From Oscillospiraceae bacterium (lineage in GTDB: Bacteria > Bacillota > Clostridia > Oscillospirales > Oscillospiraceae), in contig CACYLC010000003.1 in NCBI GenBank assembly GCA_902775105.1, forward strand, positions 9,586 to 73,585: 64,000 nucleotides of DNA. Direction: 5' to 3'. The translations under genes were made by a program, and so were the position numbers. The notes beneath the pieces were generated by a model. The model was not told the origin of the DNA, ran no database searches, and saw only the letters and a program-made list of their open reading frames with translations. The stretch's first letter is position 1, and every line of letters starts with the position of its first letter. Of the stretch, positions 1 to 9,415 are shown in pieces.

Positions 1-387
1 CTGCTCCAACGCCTTCCGACTCAGTTCCCCCAGCTTCGCCATCTGCCGGCGGCTGCGCTTGGAGAGCTGACTGCCGCCAAAGAGGAGGTAGAACAGCCCG
101 CCAAAGACAGGAAAGGCGGCAATGGGCAGTGTCCATGCCAGCTTATAGTCCGGGTGTCCGTTTTTGCCCACAATGCCCAATATCGTCAGAATGCTGACGG
201 TGACGCAGACAAAGTAGAACTGGACAAAGTAGGTGGAAAACCAGCCCACCATCACCACCAGCAGTGCCAACTGAAGAAGGATGAGCGCGCTGACGATGAG
301 CATCCGATGGGTCAGCAGCCGGGCAATCTGGCTGAACAAGTTCTGTCGCTTGCTGTGATATTGCTGCCGGGGTGTTTGACCGCTCAT
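1..387 (-). CDS. cls: cardiolipin synthase, N-terminal fragment (gene continues past left window edge)
   Basis: Absent from the ORF track because there is no stop inside the window. My reverse translation from ATG 387 gives MSGQTPRQQYHSKRQNLFSQIARLLTHRMLIVSALILLQLALLVVMVGWFSTYFVQFYFVCVTVSILTILGIVGKNGHPDYKLAWTLPIAAFPVFGGLFYLLFGGSQLSKRSRRQ... Two TM helices followed by AW..I..FP..G..YLLFG and a basic stretch is the usual N-terminus of Gram-positive Cls enzymes. GGAG lies about 8 nt upstream. The PLD HKD motifs would lie outside the window, so the family call is provisional. Confidence 0.5.
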   Translation of the reverse strand, partial: MSGQTPRQQYHSKRQNLFSQIARLLTHRMLIVSALILLQLALLVVMVGWFSTYFVQFYFVCVTVSILTILGIVGKNGHPDYKLAWTLPIAAFPVFGGLFYLLFGGSQLSKRSRRQMAKLGELSRKALEQ

Positions 388-396
388 AGAAACTCC

Positions 397-3300
397 TTAC
401 TTGACTACTACGTTCTCCTCGCCCAGCAGCGCCTTCAACTCCCGCACCAGCGAAGTGTGGATGAGGCAGGGCATGCCGTAGCGTTTTTTCGTGTCCTGAA
501 AGTAAAAGACCATCTGCCCCATTCCAGGGAACATGACCAGCATTTGGCGCACCTTGCCCACTCTGGGGTCGTTGCTGCTCGCAAAGTTCAGATAGAGCTT
601 CCTCGCTCCGGGGATGACGCCGGGCGCCGCCTCGCTCTGAACCGCGGCGGGCGGGCGGGAAACGCCGATGGAGCGGTCTGTCCGGCGGAAGGAGGACTGA
701 TCCAGCAGCGGAATGCTCTCCTCTTCCAGGGGGAAGATGCGTTCCACGATGAGCTGAGGCTGCTTCTCGTCCCGGACGGAGATGCGGCCGTCTACCAAAA
801 CGGCCTGCCCCACGGCCAGGAGATTTCCGAACTGCTCTATGGCACGGGCAAAGACGATCAGCTCCATGCTGCCGGTGTCGTCCTCCAGCATGGTATAGGA
901 CATGAGGGAGTTGTTCCTCGTGGTGCGGGTGCGGTTGGACAGGACGATGCCCGCCAGACGAACCCGCTGCTCGTCGTGGAATTGGGTGGGGCCGGTCTCC
1001 TGTCCGAAGTCCGCCAGAATCCGTCCCATGGGGGCAGTTTTCCCCCTGCGGGCGATGTCACGGTACTGATCCATGGGATGGCCGGAGAGATACAGCCCTG
1101 TCATCTCCCGCTCCATGGTCATCAGCTCCGCCGGAGCAAACTCCGGGATATTCGGCAGGGGCACCTGGTCGGCCGTGTTCTCCCCCTCGTCCATGCCGCC
1201 GAAGAGGTCAAACTGTCCCTCCACGTTTTTCTTCCGGCTGTCGCTAATGGCGTCCAGAACGGTGTTCATCACAGCAAGGAGCTGGCTGCGGCGGTAGCCC
1301 ATGCTGTCAAAGGCGCCGCAGCGAATCAGGTTTTCCAGTGCCCGGCGGTTGAGATCAAGGTCAAAGGTGCGCTCGCAGAACTGCTGGAAGGAGGCAAAGC
1401 GTCCGTTTTCCCGGCGTTCCTTTTCCATACGCTCCACCACCGCTCGACCCACGCCCTTAATTGCGGCAAGGCCGAAGCGGATGTCATCTCCGTGCACGGT
1501 GAAGTCGGCACCGGAGCGGTTGACATCGGGGGGCAGCAGGCGGATGCCCATGTCCTTACAGGCGGAGATATACTCGGCGACTTTTGCACTGGAATCCAGT
1601 ACGCTGGTCAGCAGCGCCGCCATATATTCCTGGGGATAGTGGCATTTAAACCATGCGGTCTGATAGGCCACGATCGCATAGCAGACGGCGTGCGCCTTGT
1701 TAAAGGCATAGTTGGCAAAGTCGTAGATCTCGCCGTAGATGGCCTTAGCCGTATCCTCGGGGATACCGTTTGCCACGCAACCCCTGATGTCCCGTTCGGG
1801 GTCGCCGTAGATAAAGGCGTGCTCCTCCTGCTGGATCTGCTTCGCCTTTTTCTTGGAGATGGCCCGGCGCACCATGTCGGCGCCGCCCAGCGAGTACCCC
1901 GCAAGCTGCTGGAAAATCATCATCACCTGCTCCTGATAGACGATGCAGCCGTAGGTGACGGAGAGGATCGGCTCCAGCATGGGGTGCTTATAGCGGATCT
2001 TGGACGGGTCAGTCTTGCACTGGACGAACCGGGGAATGGACTCCATGGGGCCGGGACGATAGAGGGCGACGATGGCCGTCAGATCCTCGATGCTGGAAGC
2101 CTTCATCTGGACGCAGACGCCGGTCATGCCCGCAGATTCCATCTGAAATACGCCGGAGGTCTGCCCCTGCTGGAGCATGTGGAACGTCTCAGGGTCGTCG
2201 TCGGGAATGTCCTTGAAATCAAAATCAGGCACCTTTTGCCGGATCATCTTCTGGGCATCGTCCAGAACCGTCAGGTTCCGCAGACCCAGAAAATCCATCT
2301 TGAGAAGACCCAGCTCCTCCAGCGTGGTCATAATATACTGAGTGACGATACTCTCGTCATTTCTCGCAAGCGGCACGTATTCATAAACCGGCCGTTTTGT
2401 GATGACCACGCCGGCGGCATGCTTGGAGGCGTGGCGGGGCATGCCTTCGATTTTCTTGGAGGTGTCAATGAGCAGACGCACCTGTTCTTCCCTATCGTAC
2501 CGCTCTTTCAGGGGCTTTGATACCTTCAATGCCTCGTCCAGCGTGATATGCAGCGGTGTGGTGGGTACCAGCTTGGCAATCTGATCCACATCGCCATAGG
2601 GCATATTCAGCACCCTGCCCACATCCCGGAGCACGCCCCTGGCAGCCATGGTGCCGAAGGTGACGATCTGAGCCACGTGATCCTCGCCGTAGGTTCTGTT
2701 GACATAATCAATCACCTCGCCACGGCGGCGATAGCAGAAATCCATGTCGATATCCGGCATCGTGACCCGCTCCGGGTTGAGGAACCGCTCGAAATAGAGG
2801 GCGTATTTCATGGGGTCTACGTCGGTGATGTCCAGGCAGTAGGCCACCATGGAGCCGGCTGCGCTGCCTCTGCCGGGGCCGACCGGAATATCGTTGCGCT
2901 TGGCGTAGCCCACAAAGTCCGCCACAATGAGGAAGTAGTCCACAAAGCCCATGGTGCGGATCATATTCAGCTCGTAGTTTAATCTCTCCCGATAGCCCGC
3001 GGGATCATCGGGATAGCGGCGCTCATACCCCTCCCGGCACAGCTTGAGCAGCAGGCTCTCCCCGTCATAACCCTCCGGGTAGCGGAATTCCGGCAGATGA
3101 TAAGTGCCGAATTGGAACTCCACCTGACACTGCTCTGCAATTTTGGCGGTGTTCTCAATGGCCTCCGGATATTCAGAGAAAAGCTGACGCATCTCCTCCT
3201 CTGACTTGAGATAGAACTCGTCGGTCTCGAACTTCATCCGATTGGGGTCGTCCGCCGTCTTACCCGTCTGAATGCACATGAGGACGTCCTGTGCCTGAGC

Positions 3301-3939
3301 GTCCTCTCTGGTCAGATAGTGGGCGTCGTTGGTGGCCACCAGGGGGAGATGCAACTCCCGGGCAAGGCGCACCAGATCGGGCAGGATCTCCCGCTGCTCG
3401 GCGATACCGTGATCCTGAAGCTCAATATAGTAATTCCCTTCGCCCATCATTTCTTGCATCATTTGAGCGTGTTTTTTCGCTCCGTCAAAGTCGCCGTTTC
3501 TCAGGCGGCGGGGAATTTCCCCCGCAAGGCAGGCAGAGAGGGCAATGAGACCCTCATGGTGCTGCCGCAGCAGGTCCAGGTCGATGCGGGGCTTCATATA
3601 AAAGCCCTCAATATTCGCCTGGCTCACCACGTAGGAGAGATTGCGGTAGCCCGTCTCATTTTTGCACAGCAATATGAGATGGCGTGCCCCCAGATCCAGG
3701 TCATGACTCTTGTCAAACCGTGTTCTGGGGGCCACATAGACCTCGCATCCGATGACGGGATGGATGCCCTCTTTTTTGCAGGCTTTGTAGAAGTCCACCA
3801 CACCGTACATATTGCCGTGGTCGGTAATGGCAACCGCCGTCTGGCCCAGCGTCTTGACCCGCTGAACCAGTCCCTGAATACGGCAGGCGCCGTCCAGCAG
3901 GGAAAACTCGGTGTGGACGTGTAAATGGACAAAGGACAT
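397..3939 (-). CDS. dnaE: DNA polymerase III alpha subunit (DnaE type)
   Basis: 1180-aa ORF with PHP-domain N-terminus MSFVHLHVHTEFSLLDGA. The polymerase core and C-terminal OB-fold region give a length typical of DnaE. AAGGAG RBS upstream. Confidence 0.97.
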   Translation of the reverse strand: MSFVHLHVHTEFSLLDGACRIQGLVQRVKTLGQTAVAITDHGNMYGVVDFYKACKKEGIHPVIGCEVYVAPRTRFDKSHDLDLGARHLILLCKNETGYRNLSYVVSQANIEGFYMKPRIDLDLLRQHHEGLIALSACLAGEIPRRLRNGDFDGAKKHAQMMQEMMGEGNYYIELQDHGIAEQREILPDLVRLARELHLPLVATNDAHYLTREDAQAQDVLMCIQTGKTADDPNRMKFETDEFYLKSEEEMRQLFSEYPEAIENTAKIAEQCQVEFQFGTYHLPEFRYPEGYDGESLLLKLCREGYERRYPDDPAGYRERLNYELNMIRTMGFVDYFLIVADFVGYAKRNDIPVGPGRGSAAGSMVAYCLDITDVDPMKYALYFERFLNPERVTMPDIDMDFCYRRRGEVIDYVNRTYGEDHVAQIVTFGTMAARGVLRDVGRVLNMPYGDVDQIAKLVPTTPLHITLDEALKVSKPLKERYDREEQVRLLIDTSKKIEGMPRHASKHAAGVVITKRPVYEYVPLARNDESIVTQYIMTTLEELGLLKMDFLGLRNLTVLDDAQKMIRQKVPDFDFKDIPDDDPETFHMLQQGQTSGVFQMESAGMTGVCVQMKASSIEDLTAIVALYRPGPMESIPRFVQCKTDPSKIRYKHPMLEPILSVTYGCIVYQEQVMMIFQQLAGYSLGGADMVRRAISKKKAKQIQQEEHAFIYGDPERDIRGCVANGIPEDTAKAIYGEIYDFANYAFNKAHAVCYAIVAYQTAWFKCHYPQEYMAALLTSVLDSSAKVAEYISACKDMGIRLLPPDVNRSGADFTVHGDDIRFGLAAIKGVGRAVVERMEKERRENGRFASFQQFCERTFDLDLNRRALENLIRCGAFDSMGYRRSQLLAVMNTVLDAISDSRKKNVEGQFDLFGGMDEGENTADQVPLPNIPEFAPAELMTMEREMTGLYLSGHPMDQYRDIARRGKTAPMGRILADFGQETGPTQFHDEQRVRLAGIVLSNRTRTTRNNSLMSYTMLEDDTGSMELIVFARAIEQFGNLLAVGQAVLVDGRISVRDEKQPQLIVERIFPLEEESIPLLDQSSFRRTDRSIGVSRPPAAVQSEAAPGVIPGARKLYLNFASSNDPRVGKVRQMLVMFPGMGQMVFYFQDTKKRYGMPCLIHTSLVRELKALLGEENVVVK

Positions 3940-3968
3940 AAGGACTCCTTTTCGATATGGGACGGAAG

Positions 3969-4877
3969 TTAGTCACACGAACCGGCCAATTCCGTCAATT
4001 TGCGCAGTCGGTGGTTGAGGCAGGATTTGGAAATGCCACCCAGCTCTGCCAACTGGCTCAGGGGCAGCTCGGGATTTTCCACCCGCAGGACCGCCGTCAA
4101 CCTCAGTGTATCCGGCAGAGTGTCCCATAGACTGGACTGCCGCAGCCGCTGGATGGTGGAGATCTGCTTCTGTGCGGCAGCCACCGCCTTGTCCAGATTG
4201 GCCATATCGCAGTTGGAGCGGCGGTTGACCTTGTTGTAGATATTTTTCTCCAGCTTGGTGTTCATGATCTCCATGGCCGCCAGGGGAGCACCAATGGTGG
4301 TGAGAAAGTCAGAGATGGCCTCGCTCTGCTTAAAATAGGTCACATAGCTTGCGCCCCGCACGACGGTTTTAGGCGCAAGCTCCAGCTCCGCCATCAGTGG
4401 CTGGATCTCCCTTGCCACATGGTAGTGAGAGGTGGCAAATTCCAGATGATAGCGCTTCTGCGGGTCCAAAATGGAGCCGCCTGCCAGGAAAGCCCCCCGA
4501 AAGAAGGCAGCCTGACAGCAGCTGTCCTCCAAAACGGCATAGTTGACGTGATGGGACAGCTGATCCTTCCCATATCCGTAGGTGTCCAGAATCGTGCTCA
4601 GCTTGTCCGGGTCGATGATGGAAAAGACGTATTTCCCACCCTGCAACATCTCCTTCGGTCGCTGATCGAAGGAGATCTGAAAGGCACGGCGGAACAGCCG
4701 CTGAAGCCGCTTTGCCACCGGTTCTGAGGTGGTGACAATCCGGATCTCGGAGGGCAGGAAGGTATTGCAGAACAGCAGCACGCCGTAGGCCTCTGCTCTG
4801 GCGCAGCAGGTACGGCTGATCTTGTCCCGGCACAGTTCCGCCTTGGCGACACTGGAAAAGCTCTCTCTCGGCACCAT
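3969..4877 (-). CDS. whiA: DNA-binding sporulation/cell-division regulator WhiA
   Basis: 302 aa. WhiA-like N-terminus (FSSVAKAELCR...RAEAYGVLLF) and C-terminal HTH (LSQLAELGGISKSCLNHRLRKL). Sits in the conserved rapZ-yvcK-whiA order. Confidence 0.93.
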   Translation of the reverse strand: MVPRESFSSVAKAELCRDKISRTCCARAEAYGVLLFCNTFLPSEIRIVTTSEPVAKRLQRLFRRAFQISFDQRPKEMLQGGKYVFSIIDPDKLSTILDTYGYGKDQLSHHVNYAVLEDSCCQAAFFRGAFLAGGSILDPQKRYHLEFATSHYHVAREIQPLMAELELAPKTVVRGASYVTYFKQSEAISDFLTTIGAPLAAMEIMNTKLEKNIYNKVNRRSNCDMANLDKAVAAAQKQISTIQRLRQSSLWDTLPDTLRLTAVLRVENPELPLSQLAELGGISKSCLNHRLRKLTELAGSCD

Positions 4878-4901
4878 GCTCCCTCCCTGTTGAGTGCCTT
4901 G

Positions 4902-5945
4902 TTAATGCTCTCTGATGTATCGAATGCCCTGATCCGTCCAAGTTCGGACGCAGCGATCCTCCACCACCTGCAAAATAGCCTCTGCCAGCTTTTGCGGGTC
5001 ATGGCGGGCATGGTTATGTCTGCTGATGTCGGACAGCGGCTCGCAGACCAGCTCGACACCCATAGAGCGAACCGTCTTGCCGTCGATCATCAGAGGAAAC
5101 GCGTTTTCCGTCTGATACCGCTCCCGGATATAGGCAGGGATCAGGGCGGAGTTTGCAAGGACCAGATCTATCATGCCGGGTCTGCCGTGGTCGGCCAGTG
5201 CCTGCAGATGCTCGGAGAGGGTATAGCCCTCCGTCTCGCCCTCCTGGGTCATAATGTTGGCAATATAAATGCGCAGCGCCTCGGAATTTGCGACAGCGTC
5301 CGCAATCCCCGGCACCAGCAGATTGGGAATGATGCTGGTATACAGGCTCCCTGGCCCCAGCAGGATGACGTCCGCCCTTTCAATGGCCTCCAGAGCGGCC
5401 GCCAAAGGCTTGGGCTGCTCCGGCTCCATCCGCACCCGGCGGATGCGGCAGTGCTGACTGCGCTTAAAGTCGGAGATTTTGCTCTCTCCCCGGACAGAGG
5501 TGCCGTTTTCAAATTCCGCAACGATGTCCACGGTGTCTGCCGTCACCGGCAGCACCTTTCCCTTGACGGCAAGGATCTGGTTCATCCGTTCCACCGCCGA
5601 TTCAAAGGAGGGGGAAATACCGTTCATCGCCGCCAGAAAGAGGTTCCCAAAGCTCTGTCCCGCAAGAGAGCCGTCGTGAAATCGGTAGCCCAACAGCTCC
5701 TCCAAAATCGGCTCCACGTTTGCCAACGCTTGCAGACAGTTGCGCAGGTCGCCGGGTGGCGGGATGCCCAAATCGTGGCGCAGCACACCGGAGCCGCCGC
5801 CGTCGTCCGCCATGGTCACCACAGCGGTGAGGTTGCGGGTGTAATATTTCAATCCCCGCAGCATCGTGGAAAGTCCCGTACCGCCGCCAATGGCGACAAT
5901 ATGGGGGCCACCGCCGGATGGAATTCGATTTAGTTCCTCGTCCAT
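4902..5945 (-). CDS. yvcK: YvcK/GlmR family (CofD-like) gluconeogenesis/cell-shape factor
   Basis: 347 aa with signature IVAIGGGTGLSTMLRGLK and LGPGSLYTSIIPNLLV. Lies between rapZ and whiA. Confidence 0.9.
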   Translation of the reverse strand: MDEELNRIPSGGGPHIVAIGGGTGLSTMLRGLKYYTRNLTAVVTMADDGGGSGVLRHDLGIPPPGDLRNCLQALANVEPILEELLGYRFHDGSLAGQSFGNLFLAAMNGISPSFESAVERMNQILAVKGKVLPVTADTVDIVAEFENGTSVRGESKISDFKRSQHCRIRRVRMEPEQPKPLAAALEAIERADVILLGPGSLYTSIIPNLLVPGIADAVANSEALRIYIANIMTQEGETEGYTLSEHLQALADHGRPGMIDLVLANSALIPAYIRERYQTENAFPLMIDGKTVRSMGVELVCEPLSDISRHNHARHDPQKLAEAILQVVEDRCVRTWTDQGIRYIREH

Positions 5946-5946
5946 T

Positions 5947-6822
5947 TCACTTGCGCTCCCGATTGATGTCCCGATGCTGCTCAGAGACAGAGTAGCCCAA
6001 ATGCGCTACCATCTGCGCTACGGCATGAGCCATAGCCACAGAACGGTGCTGTCCTCCGGTACAGCCCATGCAGATGACCAGATTGCTCTTTCCCTCCTCC
6101 TCATACAGCGGCAGCAGGAAAGCCAGCATTTTTTCCATTTTATCCCGGAACTCGTGGGTAGCGGGATACTGATCCAGAAAGTCCACGACCTCCTGATCCA
6201 ACCCCGTCTTGCGGCGCAGCTCCTTGACATAGAAGGGATTGGGCAGGAAACGCACGTCCATCACCCAGTCCGCCTCCATGGGAATACCATATTTAAAGCC
6301 AAAGGACTGGACGCTCACGCTAAAGCTGGGTCGGCTGGATACGGTGCCTCCGAACATCTCCAGAAGCGCCGCGCGCAGCTTGGCAATCGTGTTAAAGTTT
6401 GTGGAGTCGAGAATGAAGTCCGCTCTCGCCCGCACGGGAGCCAGCAGCTGCTTTTCCCGTCCGATGGCGGACTCCAGGCTCTCCCCCGGCTCTGCCAGAG
6501 GATGCATTCGACGGGTCTCTTTATACCGGGCGATGACCGCCTGGGTGGAGGCCTCCAAAAACAGGAGCTTGCAGTCACATCCCATGGCCTTCATCTCATC
6601 CAGCGCCTGAAACAGCGGCTCAAAATTATGGCCGCCCCGGACGTCGCTGACCAGCGCCACCCGCTCATAGGTACCGCTGGCGCCGCTGAGAGCCAATTCG
6701 GCAAAGCGGGGCATCAGGGGTGCCGGCATATTGTCCACGGTGTAGAAGCCCGCATCCTCCAAAAATTCGCCTGCCCTGCTCTTCCCTGCCCCGGAAAGGC
6801 CGGAAATAATGACAAACTGCAT
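5947..6822 (-). CDS. rapZ: RNase adapter / nucleotide-binding protein RapZ (YvcJ)
   Basis: P-loop MQFVIISGLSGAGKS and C-terminal GCTGGQHRSV. Start moved from track value 7041 to ATG 6822, which has a GGAGGA RBS. The 73-aa upstream extension is Arg/Gly-rich junk. Confidence 0.92.
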   Translation of the reverse strand: MQFVIISGLSGAGKSRAGEFLEDAGFYTVDNMPAPLMPRFAELALSGASGTYERVALVSDVRGGHNFEPLFQALDEMKAMGCDCKLLFLEASTQAVIARYKETRRMHPLAEPGESLESAIGREKQLLAPVRARADFILDSTNFNTIAKLRAALLEMFGGTVSSRPSFSVSVQSFGFKYGIPMEADWVMDVRFLPNPFYVKELRRKTGLDQEVVDFLDQYPATHEFRDKMEKMLAFLLPLYEEEGKSNLVICMGCTGGQHRSVAMAHAVAQMVAHLGYSVSEQHRDINRERK

Positions 6823-6860
6823 GTTGCATCCTCCTTCCACGTTTCTCGATAGGGAAACTG

Positions 6861-7775
6861 TTACAGCATCGTAATGATCTCCAGCTCCAGCCGGAAGCCG
6901 GTCTGTTGGAAAACCACTTCCTTCACATGGTCCACCAGCGTCAGTACATCCCGGCAGGTAGCGCCGCCCTTGTTGACGACAAAGCCTGCGTGCTTTTCCG
7001 ACACCTGAGCCGCTCCCACCTGATAGCCCTTGAGACCGCACTGGTCGATGAGCGCTGCCGCATAGGCCCCCTGAGGACGTTTAAAGGTAGAGCCGCCGCT
7101 GGCGTATTCCAAAGGCTGGGTGTGTTTCCTGCGGCGCAGCAGATCGTCCATCCGCTCCTGGATCGCCGTCGGATCTCCCTTCATCAGTTGTACCCGTGCC
7201 TCAAGCACCAGAAGATGCTCCTCCATAAAGACGCTGTGGCGGTAGCCGAACCGTTGTGCCTCACCCCGAAGTGTGATGATCTCTCCCTCTTCGTTGAGTG
7301 CAGTCGTCTGAACCACTACATTGGCAAGCTCTCCTCCGTAGGCACCGGCATTCATCACCACGCCGCCGCCCATAGAGCCGGGAATTCCATGGGCAAATTC
7401 AAAGCCGGTGAGACTGTTCTGCTGTGCAAAGCAGGCCACCTGGCGCATGGGCACACCCGCACCGCAGCGGATGGCGGTCTCCCCCACCAGCTCCAGCTGC
7501 CTCAGCCCTGGATTTGTTTTGACCACAAAATGCTCCAGCAGACCGTCCCCGCAGAGGAGGTTGCTGCCTCTGCCCAGCAGAAAGGGATAGATCCCCAGGC
7601 TGCGGGCAGCCTTGATGCAGGCGATGGTCTCCTCGGTGGTCTGGGGCAGCGCCATCAGCGCCACCGGCCCGCCAATGCGGAAGGAGGTGTGGTCGCGCAT
7701 GGGTTCCTGTTCTTTTATCAAAAGCCCCGGGCAGACCCGGTGCAGTTCAAGCTTTAACTGATCGAATGAAGTCAT
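6861..7775 (-). CDS. murB: UDP-N-acetylenolpyruvoylglucosamine reductase
   Basis: 304 aa with FAD-binding domain (FRIGGPV), SGGSTFKRP and VSEKHAGFVVN motifs. Confidence 0.93.
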   Translation of the reverse strand: MTSFDQLKLELHRVCPGLLIKEQEPMRDHTSFRIGGPVALMALPQTTEETIACIKAARSLGIYPFLLGRGSNLLCGDGLLEHFVVKTNPGLRQLELVGETAIRCGAGVPMRQVACFAQQNSLTGFEFAHGIPGSMGGGVVMNAGAYGGELANVVVQTTALNEEGEIITLRGEAQRFGYRHSVFMEEHLLVLEARVQLMKGDPTAIQERMDDLLRRRKHTQPLEYASGGSTFKRPQGAYAAALIDQCGLKGYQVGAAQVSEKHAGFVVNKGGATCRDVLTLVDHVKEVVFQQTGFRLELEIITML

Positions 7776-7874
7776 CCTGATCCTCCTGTCAACTTGCTGC
7801 AGTTGGGATAATATGATCCTGAATTATATTATAACACGAAAGGCTGTGGTGTCCAACACAAAAAATGTGCTGCA

Positions 7875-8372
7875 TCATCGTTCGTAGACGGGATGCTCCA
7901 CCTTCCGAATCTCCATCCTGCGGATTAGACCGTCCTCAATCTCCAAAACGGCGTAGGTGGGAGAGAAATAATTGCCCACGGAACCGGGGTTGATGAGTAC
8001 AACGCCCCGATCCTCCCAGATACAGGGGGTATGGGTATGTCCTGCAAGGAGCACCTGCATCCCCCGTTTCATGCCATAGATGAGGTAGCTCTCATAGCCG
8101 TATTTGACGTTATGGGTATGTCCGTGGGCGAGCAGCATGGGAATATTCTGCACGATGACCAGCTCCTCGGTGGGGACATGGCTGCGCAGGTCGCAGTTGC
8201 CCGCAACGCAGTGCAGCGCAATGTCCGGAAACTCCTCCATCACCCGCTCAATGTCCCTGAGCCCGTCACCCAGATAAAACACCATTCGGGGTTTTTCTGT
8301 TTTCAGCGTCTCCCGCATATTGGTTCGGTTGCCATGGGAGTCGGAAAAGATCACGATCTTCAAGAGGGACAC
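7875..8372 (-). CDS. YfcE/MJ0936-family metallophosphoesterase
   Basis: 165 aa with motifs FSDSHGN, GDG, GNCD and GHTH(x2). Confidence 0.85.
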   Translation of the reverse strand: MSLLKIVIFSDSHGNRTNMRETLKTEKPRMVFYLGDGLRDIERVMEEFPDIALHCVAGNCDLRSHVPTEELVIVQNIPMLLAHGHTHNVKYGYESYLIYGMKRGMQVLLAGHTHTPCIWEDRGVVLINPGSVGNYFSPTYAVLEIEDGLIRRMEIRKVEHPVYER

Positions 8373-8429
8373 ATCTCCTTTTTCTATCGCATATACTAAA
8401 GCAAAACCAGTTCCACAGGAGGTTTTCCC

Positions 8430-8693
8430 ATGAAAAACAAGTCTGCATCCCCATTGGACAGTCCCGAGGCCGCCGCCCTGCTCCGTGACCCCACCGCCCT
8501 GCGGGGACTTTTGCAGTCACCGGAGACAAAGCAGCTCCTCTCGCTGCTCCAGAAACAAGGAGATCTGAACACAGCAGCAAAAGAGGCCAAGGGCGGCGAT
8601 ATCAGCCGGCTGAAGGCCATGCTGAATCAGGTGAGTCAGAGCGCGCAGGGCGGTCAGGTGCTGTCCGATCTGGAACAACGGTTAGGCAAGTAA
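8430..8693 (+). CDS. hypothetical small protein (87 aa, helical, Gln/Leu-rich)
   Basis: ORF with GGAGG-like RBS (caggaggttttccc ATG). First of three tightly spaced same-strand small ORFs. No family recognised. Confidence 0.55.
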   Translation: MKNKSASPLDSPEAAALLRDPTALRGLLQSPETKQLLSLLQKQGDLNTAAKEAKGGDISRLKAMLNQVSQSAQGGQVLSDLEQRLGK

Positions 8694-8718
8694 GTCTGCC
8701 GTATGAAAGGATGGCTCT

Positions 8719-9123
8719 ATGGCTGAATTTGAGGAAAAACTGAATCAGATTCTCTCCTCCCCGGAGGCCATGGAGCAGATCATGTCGCTGGCAAACTCCC
8801 TCTCCGACGGATCAGAAAATGGCCGGGAGGAGGACTCATTCGGCGGCAGCTCAAAGCTGCCGGCAGCGCCCTCCGCTCCGGGCGGACTGGGCGGGCTGAG
8901 CAATATGCTGGGTTCTCTGGATCCCGCCATGCTCTCCAAGCTGATGACGCTGTTCTCCACCTATCAGGACGGCTCTGACGAAAAGACCCGGCTGCTGGAG
9001 GCGATGAAGCCCTTTCTCCGTCCGGAGCGGCAGTCGAAGCTGGATCGTGCGGTACAGATCGCCCGGCTGAGCCGGGTCATCCGCTCGGCCATGTCCATGT
9101 TTGGAGGGGATGGGGATGTATAA
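8719..9123 (+). CDS. hypothetical protein (134 aa)
   Basis: ORF with RBS aaaGGAtGG. Helical ends (AEFEEKLNQILSSPEAMEQIMSLANSL; TRLLEAMKPFLRPERQSKLDRAVQIARLSRV) flank a Gly/Ser/Pro linker. No family recognised. Confidence 0.55.
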   Translation: MAEFEEKLNQILSSPEAMEQIMSLANSLSDGSENGREEDSFGGSSKLPAAPSAPGGLGGLSNMLGSLDPAMLSKLMTLFSTYQDGSDEKTRLLEAMKPFLRPERQSKLDRAVQIARLSRVIRSAMSMFGGDGDV

Positions 9124-9403
9124 CCGCTTTGGCCCTCAGGAGGGGTTTCAGCCGCTGGAGGGCGCTCCCGGCGACTCCGGCGGCACAGCGTCCGGCGGCG
9201 GCAGTCCCTTCTCTCTGCTTCGCAGCCTGCTCGGAGGAGCAAAAAATGCCGGCGAAACCGGCATTTTGGAGAAGCTTGGGCTGGGTCAACTGGACAAGGG
9301 GGATATCCTCCTGCTGCTGGTGCTCATTTATCTGTTTCGGGAAAGCGGGGACGACGAGTGGCTCATCATTCTCGCACTTGTACTGCTCATGGGATCGGGA
9401 TGA
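9116..9403 (+). CDS. hypothetical small membrane protein (95 aa, C-terminal TM hairpin)
   Basis: Overlaps the stop of the preceding ORF (GGAGGGGATGGGG ATG). C-terminus is GDILLLLVLIYLFRESGDDEWLIILALVLLMG. The start could also be 9101 or 9110. Confidence 0.45.
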   Translation: MYNRFGPQEGFQPLEGAPGDSGGTASGGGSPFSLLRSLLGGAKNAGETGILEKLGLGQLDKGDILLLLVLIYLFRESGDDEWLIILALVLLMGSG

Positions 9404-9415
9404 TCCTATGAGCAG

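Noticed and set aside
154-2520. 788-aa plus-strand ORF
   Set aside because: It lies entirely antisense to dnaE, which has unmistakable PHP and polymerase motifs. The product is Ala/Gly/Arg/His/Leu-rich with no motifs. This is a typical high-GC shadow ORF.
5947-7041. Long N-terminal extensions in the ORF track
   Set aside because: In each case an internal ATG with a proper RBS begins the recognisable family N-terminus, and the extension is junk or overlaps the upstream gene or a hairpin. This applies to rapZ to 7041, trpS to 11638, the Lar-like ORF to 14160, ymdB to 25736 and DUF4956 to 32749. It also applies to the SBP to 42641, tdk to 44027, the BceS-like HK from 44809, ecfA to 52792 and ecfT to 53580.
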